Shown here in pieces: positions 46,501 through 61,309 of a stretch of DNA of 64,000 bases. Position 1 is the first letter of the stretch; each line of letters starts with the position of its first letter. Origin of the DNA: Malacoraja senta (Eukaryota); NCBI GenBank assembly GCA_038087875.1, contig CM075990.1, forward strand, positions 18,106,001 through 18,170,000, given 5' to 3'. The notes beneath the pieces are model-generated. The model was not told the DNA's origin. It was given only the letters and a program-made list of their open reading frames with translations, and did not search any database. A program made the translations under genes and the position numbers.

Positions 46501-49500
46501 GATGTCATAGGAAGATATGGTACCTATATCTAACCCTCTTCAGTTTAATGGGGTAAATGTGTTAAATTATTGATGGCTTTTCCAAAATTGTTTCTTCAAC
46601 ATCGAGGAGCTCGCAGTCTCTGGTATAGACTGATGTCGGGAAGCTCCAAAGAATGCAAAAGGTTCGACTAGACCCCGAGTGAGCTGGGATTGAACTCCCC
46701 GATGCAGGACCCCCGACACGGACGGCCCGACCGCTGGCTACGGGAGTCAAGATCGTGCCGTCAACGGGAGGCTCGAGGCAGACCAAAGAAGGGAAGAGTT
46801 TGAACTTTGTGTTCTGTTGCATTTTATTGGTATGAGTGTATGGTAAATGAAATTCCTCGTGTTGCAAAGCATACTTTTTTTGCAACGAGCCACCCCATGC
46901 TTGAATCGTGAGTAAATACAGTGCTGGAAGAACTTGGTGGGTTTGACTACCTCTGAAAAATGGACAGGTGACTAATTGGGTCCGGAGCTCTCAGTCTGAA
47001 ATACGGGGGAGAGATGGAAATGAGGTGGGGGTTGGGCACTGCCTGACAGGTGATGGGTGGATTACAGGTGAGTGGGTGATAGGCAAATGGATGGAGTAAA
47101 GGCTGGAGGTGGAAGTGATCAAACATGTTGGATAAGGACAAGAACTCTGAAATGTGAACCAGGGTGAGGTGGGGTTGGTAGGTAAAAGTGAAATATGGGA
47201 CAAGGAGTTGAGAGATGAGCGTACTTCCCTTCATTAACTAAGTAATAACTAATTAATAATAACTAAATAATTATAACTAAGTAACAACTAAATAATAACA
47301 ACTAAATAATAACAACTAACTAGCCCTTTCTTGTACGATCATCTCTCAAAAACAGTCCCATATTCCCTCTATCTCTTCCACCCATCTCTCTCCTAGTTTC
47401 ATATTTCAGTTCTACTTATTTGGCATTTTGTCCCTTTCACCATGAGCCTTTGGCACTCACTCCATGCATATGCTAATCACACCTCACATGTACCATCTAT
47501 TTACTTGCTGGCTTTGTCCTTCGTGCCTCTGCCTCTTTTCACTCTCGTTCATCAGTCTGAGGAAGGTTGCTGACCTGAGATGTCATCTGTCCATTCCACT
47601 TGCAGTCAGGCAGATTGTGCCTGTACTGCTGAATGCCTCCAGCACTTTGTCTTTGGACAGAGCCATGTTCCCTGGTTGTAGTTGGCTCCTGTTACAGGGA
47701 AAGTAGAGTTTAATATTTTTGACTGAAGCTCTGGGGGGTTGGGTTTATCCAGGTATTTCTAACCATCTGGACACCACTGAATGTTTGTTTATATCTAATG
47801 TTTAAATGGCCACATGAAGAGTAAGGCATCGGGCAACACGGTTGTGAGGACACTTGTGAAATATAATGGGTATTTGATATAACTGGGGTGTTGCCGTGCT
47901 TGTAAATTGATCAGTGGTGGAGCAACTCGATGGGTACAGCAACATCGCTGGAGAACATGGATTGGTAATTCTGGGTTGGGAATCTTCAGACCTTACTCTC
48001 TTGAGGTAGTCTAAATATATTCGACTACCATAATATTGGTCCAACCTGTAGGAGTCCTGACTGCAGAGACACAATGGTCCTGGTTGGAGATACAACTCCA
48101 GGCATTGTCCAAGTGTTTTACCTTGAGGACTAGAATCTTCTCACCCAGGACTGTCCTACGCACTGAGTGGGTCGGACAGTCCTTGTGATTGAGGCAGTGC
48201 AGCGTAGGTTCACGAGATTGATCCCTGGGATGGCGGGACTGTCATATGAGGAAAGATTGAAAAGTCTAGGCTTGTATTCACTGGAGTTTAGAAGGATGAG
48301 GGGGGGGGGGGTCTTATAGAAACATATAAAATTATAAAAGGACTGGACAAGCTAGATGCAAGAAAAATGTTCCCAATGTTAGGCGAGTCCAGAACCAGGG
48401 GCCGCAGTCTTAGAATAAAGGGGAGGTCATTTAAGACTGAGGTGAGAAAAAACGTTTTCACCCAGAGTTGTGAATTTATGGAATTCCCTGCCACAGAGGG
48501 CAGTGGAGGCCAAATCACTGGATGGATTTAAGAGAGAGTTGGATAGAGCTCCACGGGCTAGTGGAGTCGAGGGATATGGGGAGAAGGCATGCAATGGTTA
48601 TTGATAGGGGATGATCACAATGAATGGCGGTGCTGGCTCGAAGGGCCGAATGGCATCCTCGTGCACCTATTTTCTATGTTTCTAAGTTACTCCCACACTT
48701 TGTCTAATTGTAGAGAAGGAAGTTGGAACATTTCAAACATTAAAATGTTATGTTAATTTGATTTTTCAGCATCAAGTGTACCTGGATTTGGTCTTTATGG
48801 ATGTCATAGGAAGGTAAGGCACATATTTCTAACTCTCTTCAGTTTAATGGAATAATTGTGTTACATTATTGATGGCTGTTCCAAATTTGTTTCTTCAACA
48901 TCGAGCAGCTCGCAGTCTCTGGTAGAGACCGATGTCGGGAAGCTCCAAAGAACGCAAAAGGTTCGACTAGACCCCGAGTGAGCTGTGATTGAACCCCCCG
49001 ATGCAGGACCCCCGACACGGACGGCCCGACTGCCGGCTACGGGAGTCAAGATTTTCCCGTCAACGGAAGACTCGAGGCCCCAGACTGCGGGAGACCAAAG
49101 AAGGGAAGAGTTTGAACTTTGTGTTCTGTTGCTTTTTATTGGTATGAGTGGATGGTAAATGAAATTCCTTGTGTTGCAAACATACATTTTTTGCAACACG
49201 TGCCACCCCATGCTTGAATCGTGAGTAAACAGTGCTGGAGGAACTTGGTGGGTTTGACAACCTCTGAATAAACGGACAGATGACTCATCGGGTCGGGAGC
49301 TCTCAGTCTGAAATACAGGGGAGAGCTGGAAATGAGGTGGGGGTTGGGCACTGCCTGACAGGTGATGGGTGGATTACAGGTGAGTGGGTGATAGGCAAAT
49401 GGATGGAGTAAAGGCTGGAGGTGGAAGTGATCAAACATGTTGGATAAGGACAAGAACTCTGAAATGTGAACCAGGGTGAGGTGGGGTTGGTAGGTAAAAG

Positions 49501-52500
49501 TGAAATATGGGACAAGGAGTTGAGAGATGAGCGTACTTCCCTTCATTAACTAAGTAATAACTAATTAATAATAACTAAATAATTATAACTAAGTAACAAC
49601 TAAATAATAACAACTAAATAATAACAACTAACTAGCCCTTTCTTGTACGATCATCTCTCAAAAACAGTCCCATATTCCCTCTATCTCTTCCACCCATCTC
49701 TCTCCTAGTTTCATATTTCAGTTCTACTTATTTGGCATTTTGTCCCTTTCACCATGAGCCTTTGGCACTCACTCCATGCATATGCTAATCACACCTCACA
49801 TGTACCATCTATTTACTTGCTGGCTTTGTCCTTCGTGCCTCTGCCTCTTTTCACTCTCGTTCATCAGTCTGAGGAAGGTTGCTGACCTGAGATGTCATCT
49901 GTCCATTCCACTTGCAGTCAGGCAGATTGTGCCTGTACTGCTGAATGCCTCCAGCACTTTGTCTTTGGACAGAGCCATGTTCCCTGGTTGTAGTTGGCTC
50001 CTGTTACAGGGAAAGTAGAGTTTAATATTTTTGACTGAAGCTCTGGGGGGTTGGGTTTATCCAGGTATTTCTAACCATCTGGACACCACTGAATGTTTGT
50101 TTATATCTAATGTTTAAATGGCCACATGAAGAGTAAGGCATCGGGCAACACGGTTGTGAGGACACTTGTGAAATATAATGGGTATTTGATATAACTGGGG
50201 TGTTGCCGTGCTTGTAAATTGATCAGTGGTGGAGCAACTCGATGGGTACAGCAACATCGCTGGAGAACATGGATTGGTAATTCTGGGTTGGGAATCTTCA
50301 GACCTTACTCTCTTGAGGTAGTCTAAATATATTCGACTACCATAATATTGGTCCAACCTGTAGGAGTCCTGACTGCAGAGACACAATGGTCCTGGTTGGA
50401 GATACAACTCCAGGCATTGTCCAAGTGTTTTACCTTGAGGACTAGAATCTTCTCACCCAGGACTGTCCTACGCACTGAGTGGGTCGGACAGTCCTTGTGA
50501 TTGAGGCAGTGCAGCGTAGGTTCACGAGATTGATCCCTGGGATGGCGGGACTGTCATATGAGGAAAGATTGAAAAGTCTAGGCTTGTATTCACTGGAGTT
50601 TAGAAGGATGAGGGGGGGGGGGTCTTATAGAAACATATAAAATTATAAAAGGACTGGACAAGCTAGATGCAAGAAAAATGTTCCCAATGTTAGGCGAGTC
50701 CAGAACCAGGGGCCGCAGTCTTAGAATAAAGGGGAGGTCATTTAAGACTGAGGTGAGAAAAAACGTTTTCACCCAGAGTTGTGAATTTATGGAATTCCCT
50801 GCCACAGAGGGCAGTGGAGGCCAAATCACTGGATGGATTTAAGAGAGAGTTGGATAGAGCTCCACGGGCTAGTGGAGTCGAGGGATATGGGGAGAAGGCA
50901 TGCAATGGTTATTGATAGGGGATGATCACAATGAATGGCGGTGCTGGCTCGAAGGGCCGAATGGCATCCTCGTGCACCTATTTTCTATGTTTCTAAGTTA
51001 CTCCCACACTTTGTCTAATTGTAGAGAAGGAAGTTGGAACATTTCAAACATTAAAATGTTATGTTAATTTGATTTTTCAGCATCAAGTGTACCTGGATTT
51101 GGTCTTTATGGATGTCATAGGAAGGTAAGGCACATATTTCTAACTCTCTTCAGTTTAATGGAATAATTGTGTTACATTATTGATGGCTGTTCCAAATTTG
51201 TTTCTTCAACATCGAGCAGCTCGCAGTCTCTGGTAGAGACCGATGTCGGGAAGCTCCAAAGAACGCAAAAGGTTCGACTAGACCCCGAGTGAGCTGTGAT
51301 TGAACCCCCCGATGCAGGACCCCCGACACGGACGGCCCGACTGCCGGCTACGGGAGTCAAGATTTTCCCGTCAACGGAAGACTCGAGGCCCCAGACTGCG
51401 GGAGACCAAAGAAGGGAAGAGTTTGAACTTTGTGTTCTGTTGCTTTTTATTGGTATGAGTGGATGGTAAATGAAATTCCTTGTGTTGCAAACATACATTT
51501 TTTGCAACACGTGCCACCCCATGCTTGAATCGTGAGTAAACAGTGCTGGAGGAACTTGGTGGGTTTGACAACCTCTGAATAAACGGACAGATGACTCATC
51601 GGGTCGGGAGCTCTCAGTCTGAAATACAGGGGAGAGCTGGAAATGAGGTGGGGGTTGGGCACTGCCTGACAGGTGATGGGTGGATTACAGGTGAGTGGGT
51701 GATGGGCAAATGGGTGGAGTAAGTGCCAAAGTCTGAAGGTGGAAGTGATGAAACATGTTGGATAAGGACAAGAACTCTGAAATGTGAACCAGGGTGAGGT
51801 GGGGTTGGTAGGTAAAAGTGAAATATGGGACAGTTGAGAGATGAGCGTACTTCCCTTCATTAACTAAGTAATAACTAATTAATAATAACTAAATAATTAT
51901 AACTAAGTAACAACTAAATAATAACAACAACTAACTAGCCCTTTCTTGTACGATCATCTCTCAGAAACAGTCCCATATTCCCTCTATCTCTTCCACCCAT
52001 CTGTCTCCTAGTTTCACATTTCAGTTCTACTTATTTGGCATTTACTCCCTTTCACCTTGAGCCTTTGGCACTGACTCCATCCATATGCTAATCACGGCTC
52101 GCATGTACCACCTATTAACTTGCTGGCTTTGTCCTGCGTGCCTCTGCCTCTTTTCACACTCTTTCATTAGGTCTGAGGAAGGTTGCTGACCTGAGATGTC
52201 ATCTGTCCATTCCACTTGCAGTCAGGCAGATTGTGCCTGTACTGCTGAATGCCTCCAGCACTTTGTCTTTGGACAGAGCCATGTTCCTTGGTTGTAGTTG
52301 GCTCCTGTTGCAGGGAAAGTAGAGTTTAATATTTTTGACTGAAGCTCTGGAGCGTTGGGTTTTTCCAGGTATTTTTAACCATCTGGACACCACTGAATGT
52401 TTGTTTATCTAACGTTTAAATGTCCACGTGAGGAGTAAGGCATCGGGCAACAAGGTTGGGAGAACACTTGTGAAATATAATGGGTATTTGATGTAACTAG

Positions 52501-55500
52501 GGTGTTGCTGTGCTTGTAAATTGTGTCAGTGCTGGAGCAACTCGATGGGTACCGCAACATCGCTGAAGAACATGGATTGGTAATTCTGGGTTGGGACTCT
52601 TCAGACCTTAATCTCTTGAGCTAGTCTAAATATATTCGACTACATTAATATTGGTCCAACCTGTAGGAGTCCTGACTGCAGAGACACAATGGTCCTAGTT
52701 GGAGATACATCTCCAGGCATTGTCCACATGTCCAAGTATTTTTACCTTGAGGACTAGAATCTTCTCACCCAGGACTGTCCGACCCACTGAGTTACTCCCG
52801 CACTTTGTCTAATTGTAGAGAAGGATGTTGGAACATTTCAAACATTAAAATGTTATGTTAATTTGATTTTTCAGCATCAAGTCATCCTGGATTTGGTCTT
52901 TATGGATGTCATAGGAAGATAAGGTACCTATATCTAACCCTCTTCAGTTTAATGGGGTAAATGTGTTAAATTATTGATGGCTTTTCCAAATTTGTTTCTT
53001 AAACATCGAGGAGCTCGCAGTCTCTGGTATAGACTGATGTCGGGAAGCTCCAAAGAATGCAAAAGGTTCGACTAGACCCCGAGTGAGCTGGGATTGAACC
53101 CCCCGATGCAGGACCCCCGACACGGACGGCCCGACCGCTGGCTATGGGAGTCAAGGTCGTGCCGTCAATGGGAGGCTCGAGGCCTCAGACCAAAGAAGGG
53201 AAGAGTTTGAACTTTGTGTTCTGTTGCTTTTTATTGGTATGAGTGTATGGTAAATGAAATTCCTCGTGTTGCAAAGCATACTTTTTTTGCAACACGAGCC
53301 ACCCCATGCTTGAATCGTGAGTAAATACAGTGCTGGAAGAACTTGGTGGGTTTGACAACCTCTGAAAAATGGACAGGTGACTAATTGGGTCCGGAGCTCT
53401 CAGTCTGAAATACGGGGGAGAGATGGAAATGAGGTGGGGGTTGGGCACTGCCTGACAGGTGATGGGTGGATTACAGGTGAGTGGGTGATAGGCAAATGGA
53501 TGGAGTAAAGGCTGGAGGTGGAAGTGATCAAACATGTTGGATAAGGACAAGAACTCTGAAATGTGAACCAGGGTGAGGTGGGGTTGGTAGGTAAAAGTGA
53601 AATATGGGACAAGGAGTTGAGAGATGAGCGTACTTCCCTTCATTAACTAAGTAATAACTAATTAATAATAACTAAATAATTATAACTAAGTAACAACTAA
53701 ATAATAACAACTAAATAATAACAACTAACTAGCCCTTTCTTGTACGATCATCTCTCAGAAACAGTCCCATATTCCCTCTATCTCTTCCACCCATCTCTCG
53801 CCTAGTTTCATATTTCAGTTCTACTTATTTGGCATTTTGTCCCTTTCACCATGAGCCTTTGGCACTCACTCCATCCATATGCTAATCACACCTCGTGTAC
53901 CATCTATTTACTTGCTAGCTTTGTCCTTCGTGCCTCTGCCTCTTTTCACTCTCGTTCATCAGTCTGAGGAAGGTTGCTGACCTGAGATGTCTAATTGTAG
54001 AGAAGGAAGTTGGAACATTTCAAACATTAAAATGTTATGTTAATTTGATTTTTCAGCATCAAGTGTACCTGGATTTGGTCTTTATGGATGTCATAGGAAG
54101 GTAAGGCACATATTTCTAACTCTCTTCAGTTTAATGGAATAATTGTGTTACATTATTGATGGCTGTTCCAAATTTGTTTCTTCAACATCGAGCAGCTCGC
54201 AGTCTCTGGTAGAGACCGATGTCGGGAAGCTCCAAAGAACGCAAAAGGTTCGACTAGACCCTGAGTGAGCTGTGATTGAACAGGTGATGGGTGGATACAG
54301 GTGAGTGGGTAATGGGCAGATGGGTGGAGTAAGTGACAAAGGCTGAAGGTGAAAGTGATAAAATATGTTGGATAAGGACAAGAACTGTGAAATGTAAAGC
54401 CATAGGGAGGTGGGTTGGGAAGGTAAAAGGGAAATGTGGGACAAGGAGATGGGAGATGAGTGTACTTCCCTTCACCCCCCAAACACCCTGGTGTGCTAAT
54501 TGACTGACTAACTAACTAATTAACTCACTAATTAACTCACTAACTAACTAACCAACTAACACTGGTCCTTTCCCTTCCTCTGTACGCTCATCTCTCAAAC
54601 AGGAAAGTTGCTGACCTGAGATGTCATCTGTCCATTCCACTTGCAGTCAGGCAGATTGTGCTTGAACTGCTGAATGCCTCCAGCACTTTGTCTTTAGACA
54701 GAGACATATTCCCTGGTTAATGTAATTGTAGTTGTCTCCTGTTACAGGGAAAGTAGTTTAATATTTGTGGTGTATTAATTTGACTGTTTTGTACATCTTT
54801 GTCAGCTCTTGGGATCTGGTCTTTCTGGCGATTACTGTAAGGTAAGGCCCCTGTTTCAAAACCTCTCTTGGGTTTCAGTGTTTGGGGGAAAGATTAGGCA
54901 GCACAGTGGTAGAGTTGCTGCCTCACAGCACCAGAGACCTGGGTTCAATCCTGACAACATGTGTTGTTTGTATGTTCTGCCTGTGACAATGTGGGTTTTC
55001 TCCAGGTGTTCTGGCTTCCAACACCAAAGACATTCAGATTTGCAGGTTAATTGGTTTTAGTAAACTGTCCCTAGTGTGTAGGATAGTGCTCGTGTACGGG
55101 GTGATTGCTGGATTGTGGTGACTTGGTGGACCAGAGGGCCTGTTTCCACACTTTAGTTGGTCTTAATGTATTTATATTAGTACAATGTGAAGAAGGGTCC
55201 TGTTCTGAAACGTCACCTATAAATGTTCTGCAGAGATGCTGCCTGACCAGCTGAGTTACTCCAGCACTCCATGAAATGTCACCTATAAATGTTCTCCAGA
55301 GATGCTGCCTGACCTGCTGAGTTACTCCAGCACTGTCTATTTTTTTGTAAACCAGCACCTGCAGTTCCTTGATTTTCATCCCAAATCTTCCCTGGTTTCA
55401 GGGCTTTTACAAACTTTGGCATCTGTACAATGGGTGAATTACAGGGAAAGGAAACGGGTCACAGACCAATAAAGCACCATTTTGCAGTAAAGAGAACAAT

Positions 55501-55954
55501 TATATCTAATTTGAGGACAGCAGTCCCAATGTGCAGTGAATTTGTACAACAGGTCGCTCCAATTTGTGGTCAACACTCCCACCGTGTGGTGATCCGCTGC
55601 ACTGCAGGCCCATCCAGTTTGTGGTGAACACTCCCACCGTGTGGTGATCCGCTGCACTGCAGACCCATCCAGTTTGTGGTCAACACTCCCACCGTGTGGT
55701 GATCCGCTGCACTGCAGGTCCATGTGACGTGGACAAAGTACTAGTTTAACTCTGGTCAGGCAGCATCTCTGGAGAACGTAGACAGGAGTATCTTTTTGTC
55801 CACATTTACTGCATTGCACCGCATACCGCACAGTGAGGAATTTCTTTAGTCGGAGGGCGGTGAATCTGTAGAATTCACTGCTACAGAAGGCTGTAGAGGC
55901 TGTCGATGGATATTTTTAAATTGGAGATAGATTCTTGATTAGCAATGGCGTTAA

Positions 55955-57661
55955 CCATATAACATATAACAATTACAGCACGGAAACAGGCCATCTCGGC
56001 CCTTCAAGTCCATGCCAAACACTTTTTCTCCCCTAGTCCCATCTACCTGCACTCAGACCATAACCCTCCATTCCTTTCCCATCCATATACCCATCCAATC
56101 TATTTTTAAATGATAAAATCGAACCTGCCTCCACCACTTCCACTGGAAGCTCATTCCACACAGCTACCACTCTCTTTGAGTAAAGAAGTTCCCCCTAATG
56201 TTACCCCTAAACTTCTGTCCCTTAATTCTCAAGTCATGTCCCCCTTGTTTGAATCTTCCCCACTCTCAATGGGAAAAGCTTATCCACGTCAACTCTGTCT
56301 ATCCCTCTCATCATTTTAAAGATCTCTATCAAGTCCCCCCTTAACCTTCTGCGCTCCAAAGAATAAAGACCTAACTTGTTCAGCCTTTCTCTGTAATTTA
56401 GTTGCTGAAACCCAGGCAACATGCTCGTAAATCTCCTCTGTACTCTCTCTATTTTGTTGACATCCTTCCTATAATTAGGCAACCAAAATTGTACTCCATA
56501 CTCCAGAATTGGCCTCACCAATGCCTTGTACAATTTTAAAATTACATCCCAACTTCTATACTCAATGCTCTGATTTATAAAGGCCAGCACACCAAAAGCT
56601 TTCTTTACCACCCTATCTACATGAGATTCCACCTTCAGGGAACTATGCACAGTTATTCCTAGATCCCTCTGTTCAACTGCATTCCTCAATTCGCTACCAT
56701 TTACCATGTACGTCATATTTTGATTTGTCCTGCCAAGATGTAGCACCTCACATTTATCAGCATTAAACTCCATCTGCCATCTTTCAGCCCACTCTTCCAA
56801 ATGGCCTAAATCTCTCTGTAGACTTTGAAAATCTACTTCATTATCCACAACACCACCTATCTTAGTATCATCTGCATACTTACTAATCCAAATTTCCACA
56901 CCATCATCCAGATCATTGATGTACATGACAAACAACAGTGGACCCAACAGACCCCTGAGGCACCCCACGAGTCACCGGCCTCCAACCTGACAAACAGCCA
57001 TCCACCATTACTCTCTGGCATCTCCCATTCAGCCACTGTTGAATCCATCTTGCTACTCCACCATTAATACCCAACAATTGAATCTTCTTAACCAGCCTTC
57101 CATGTCAAAGACCTTGTCAAAGGCCTTACTGAAGTCCATATAGACAACATCCACTGCTTTACCCTCATCAATTTCCCTAATAACCTCTTTGAAAAATTCT
57201 AGAAGATTAGTCAAACATGACCTTCCAGGCACAAATCCATGTTGACTGTTCTTAATCAGACCCTGTTTATCCAGATGCTTATATATATTATCCCTAAGTA
57301 TCCTTTCCATTAATTTGCCCACCACTGACGTCAAAGTAACAGGTCTATAATTGCTAGGTTTACTCTTAGAACCCTTTTTAAACAATGGAACAACATGCGC
57401 AGTACGCCAATCCTCCGGCACTATTCCAGTTTCTAATGACATTTGAAATATTTCTGTCATAGCCCCTGCTATTTCTACACTAACTTCCCTCAATGTCCTA
57501 GGGAATATCCTGTCGGGACCTGGAGACTTATCCGTTTTCATATTTTTCAAAAGTGTCCACACCTCCTCTTCTTTGAATCTCATAGTTTCCATCGCTACTC
57601 TGCTTGTTTCCCTTACCTCGCATAATTCCATATCGTTCTCCTTGGTGAATACCGAAGAAAA
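55955..57661 (-). mobile_element. CR1 LINE RT fragment, unit 4 copy
   Basis: Identical ORFs 56234-56968 and 57053-57739. Confidence 0.92.
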
Positions 57662-60600
57662 TGGAGTTACAGGGATGTGGTCACTCCAACACCACAGGAG
57701 GCAGGCAAGTGGATCACGGTTGGGAGAGGCAAGGGGCACAGGCAGGGACTAGAGAGTACCCCGGTGGCTGTACACCTTGACAGCAAGTACTCCTGTTTGA
57801 GCACTGTTGGGGTGGACAGCCTACCTGGGGGTAGTGACAGCGGCCGGGCCTCCGGTATAGAGACCGGCCCTGTTGCTCAGAAGGGCAAGGAAAAGAAGAG
57901 GAGGGCAATACTAATAGGGGTCAGACAGGCGATTCTGTGGACGCAGTCGGGAGACCCGGATGGTAGTTTGCCTCCCTGGTGCCAGGGTCTGTGATGTGTC
58001 TCAACGTGTCCAAGATATCCTGAAAGGGCAGGGAGAGGAGCCCGAGGTCATGGTACATATAGGTACCAATGACATAGGTAAAAAAAGAGAAGAGGTCCTG
58101 ATAGGAGAATTTAGGGCGTTAGGAGGGGAGTTAAAGAGAAGGACAGCAAAGGTAACAATCTCGGGATTACTGCTTGTGCCATGGAGGATAAATGCGTGGC
58201 TGAAGGACTGGTGCAGAAGGCAGGGATTCAAATTTCTGGATCATTGGGACCTCTTTTGTGGAAGGTTCGACCTGTACAAAAAGGATGGTTTGCACTTGAA
58301 CCTGAGGGGGACCGATATCCTGGCGGGGAGATCTGCAAAGGCTACTGGGGAGACTTTAAACTAGAATGGTTGGGGGGAGGGACTCAAATAGAGAATGCTA
58401 TTAGACAGTGTGTGAGGCAGGAGGCAGAGAAGGAAAGCACTCAGACCCAACATGTAGGGGGGAAAGAAGAAAACAACAATAAACAGAGAATAAGAGGTGG
58501 TGGGGTTCTTAAATGGGTGAGCAGAGAAACAGAGGGGTGTAAAATGCGGGCGGAAGCAATAGGTAGCAAGGTGAAAAGTAAACGTGGCAGGCAGACAAAT
58601 CCAGGGCAAAAATCAAAAAGAGCCACTTTTCAACATAATTGTATAAGGGGTAAGAGCGTTGTAAAAACAAGCCTGAAGGTTTTGTGTCTCAATGCAAGGA
58701 GCATTCGTAATAAGGTGGATGAGTTGAACATGCAGATAGCAATTAATGATTATGATATAGTTGGGATCACGGAGACATGGCTCCAGGGTGACCAAGGCTG
58801 GGAGCTGAACATCCAGGGATATTCAATATTCAGGAGGGATAGAGAGAAAGGAAAAGGAGGTGGGGTAGCGTTGCTGGTTAGAGAGGAGATTAACGCAGTG
58901 GAAAGGAAGGACATTAGCTTGGAGGATGTGGAATCGGTATGGGTAGAGCTGCGAAACACTAAGGGGCAGAAAACGCTGGTGGGTGTTGTGTACAGGCCAC
59001 CTAGCAGTACTAGTGAAGTTGGGGATGGCATCAAACAGGAAATTAGAAATGCGTGCAACAAAGGCAAAACAGTTATAATGGGTGACTTCAATCTACATAT
59101 AGATTGGGTGAATCAAATTGGCAGGGGTGCCGAGGAAGAGGATTTCTTGGAATGTATGCGGGATAGTTATCTAAACCAACATGTAGAGGAACCAACGAGA
59201 GAGCAGGCTATTCTAGACTGGGTATTGAGTAATGAGGAAGGGTTAGTTAGCAGTCTTGTTGTGCGTGCCCCCTTGGGCAAGAGTGACCATAATATGGTTG
59301 AGTTCTTCATTAGGATGGAGAGTGACATTGTTAATTCAGAAACAACGGTTCTGAACTTAAAGAAAGGAAACTTTGAGGGTATGAGACGTGAATTGGCCAA
59401 GATTGACTGGCAATTAGTTCTAAAAGGGTTGACGGTGGATATGCAATGGAAGGCATTTAAAGACTGCATGGATGAACTACAAAAATTGTTCATCCCAGTT
59501 TGGCAAAAGAATAAATCCGGGAAGGTAGTGCATCCGTGGATAACAAGGGAAATCAGGGATAGTATCAAAGCAAAAGATGATGCATACAAATTAGCCAGAA
59601 AAAGCAGCATACCAGAGGACTGGGAGAAATTCAGAGACCAACAGAGGAGGACAAAGGGCTTAATTAGGAAAGGGAAAATAGATTATGAAAGGAAACTGGC
59701 AGGGAACATAAAAACTGACTGCAAAGGTTTTTATAGATATGTGAAGAGAAAGAGATTAGTTAAAACAAATGTAGGTCCCTTGCAGTCAGAAACAGGTGAA
59801 TTGATCATGGGGAACAAGGATATGGCGGACCCATTGAATAACTACTTTGGTTCCGTCTTCACTAAGGAAGACATAAATAATCTGCCGGAAATAGCAGGGG
59901 GCCGCGGGTCAAAGGAGATGGAGGAACTGAGTGAAATCCAGGTTAGTCGGGAAGTGGTGTTGGGTAAATTGAATGGATTAAAGGCCGATAAATCACCAGG
60001 GCCAGAGGCTGCATCCCAGAGTACTTAAGGAAGTAGCTCCAGAAATAGTGGATGCATTAGTGATAATTTTTCAAAACTCCTTAGATTCTGGAGTAGTTCC
60101 TGAGGATTGGAGGGTAGCAAACGTACCACATTTTGACAAGGTACCACATAAGAGATTAGGATACAAACTTAAATCACACAGTATTGGGGGTTCAGTATTG
60201 ATGTGGATAGAGAACTGGCTGGCAAACAGGAAGCAAAGAGTAGGAGTAAACGGGTCCTTTTCACAATGGCAGGCAGTGACTAGTGGGGTACCGCAAGGCT
60301 CAGTGCTGGGACCCCAGCTATTTACAATTTATATTAATGATCTGGACGAGGGAATTGAAAGCAACATCTCCAAGTTTGCGGATGACACTAAGCTGGGGGG
60401 CAGTGTTAGCTGTGAGGAGGATGCTAGGAGACTGCAAGGTGACTTTGATAGGCTGGGTGAGTGGGCAAATGTTTGGCAGATGCAGTATAATGTGGATAAA
60501 TGTGAGGTTATCCACTTTGGTGGCGAAAACGGGAAGGCAGACTATTATCTAAATGGTGGCCGATTAGGAAATGGGGAGGTGCAGCGAGACCTGGGTGTCA

Positions 60601-61309
60601 TGGTACACCAGTCCTTGAAAGTAGGCATGCAGGTGCAGCAGGCAGTGAAGAAAGCGAATGGTATGTTGGCCTTCATAGCAAGAGGATTTGAGTATAGGAG
60701 CAGGGAGGTTCTACTGCAGTTGTACAGGGTCTTGGTGAGACCACACCTGGAGTATTGCGTACAGTTTTGGTCTCCAAATCTGAGGAAGGACATTATAGCC
60801 ATAGAGGGAGTGCAGAGAAGGTTCACCAGACTGATTCCTGGGATGTCAGGACTTTCATATGAAGAAAGACTGGATAGACTTGGCTTATACTCGCTAGAAT
60901 TTAGGAGATTGAGAGGGGATCTTATAGAAACGTACAAAATTCTTATGGGGTTGGACAGGCTAGATGCAGGAAGATTGTTCCCGATGTTGGGGAAGTCCAG
61001 GACAAGGGGTCACAGCTTAAGGATAAGGGGGAAATCCTTTAAGACCGAGATGAGGAAAAACGTTTTCACACAGAGTGGTGAATCTCTGGAACTCTCTGCC
61101 ACAGAGGGTAGTTGACGCCAGTTCATTGGCTATATTTAAGAGGGAGTTAGATGTGGCCCTTGTGGCTAAAGGGATCGGGGGGTATGGAGAGAAGGCAGGT
61201 ACGGGATACTGAGTTGGATGATCAGCCATGATCATATTGAATGGCGGTGCAGACTCGAAGGGCCGAATGGCCTACTCCTGCACCTATTTTCTATCTATCT
61301 ATCTATCTA
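57662..61309 (+). mobile_element. Composite CR1 LINE, unit 4 copy
   Basis: ORFs 57677-57994, 57960-58364, 58181-60028, 60048-61115. Confidence 0.92.

Larger units (their letters stand above)
36507..54279. repeat. Macrosatellite unit 3 (17,773 bp; extra ~2,312-bp internal duplication)
   Basis: ORFs at 47464/49776 and 47802/50114 repeat at 2,312 bp; junction at 54280. Confidence 0.95.
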
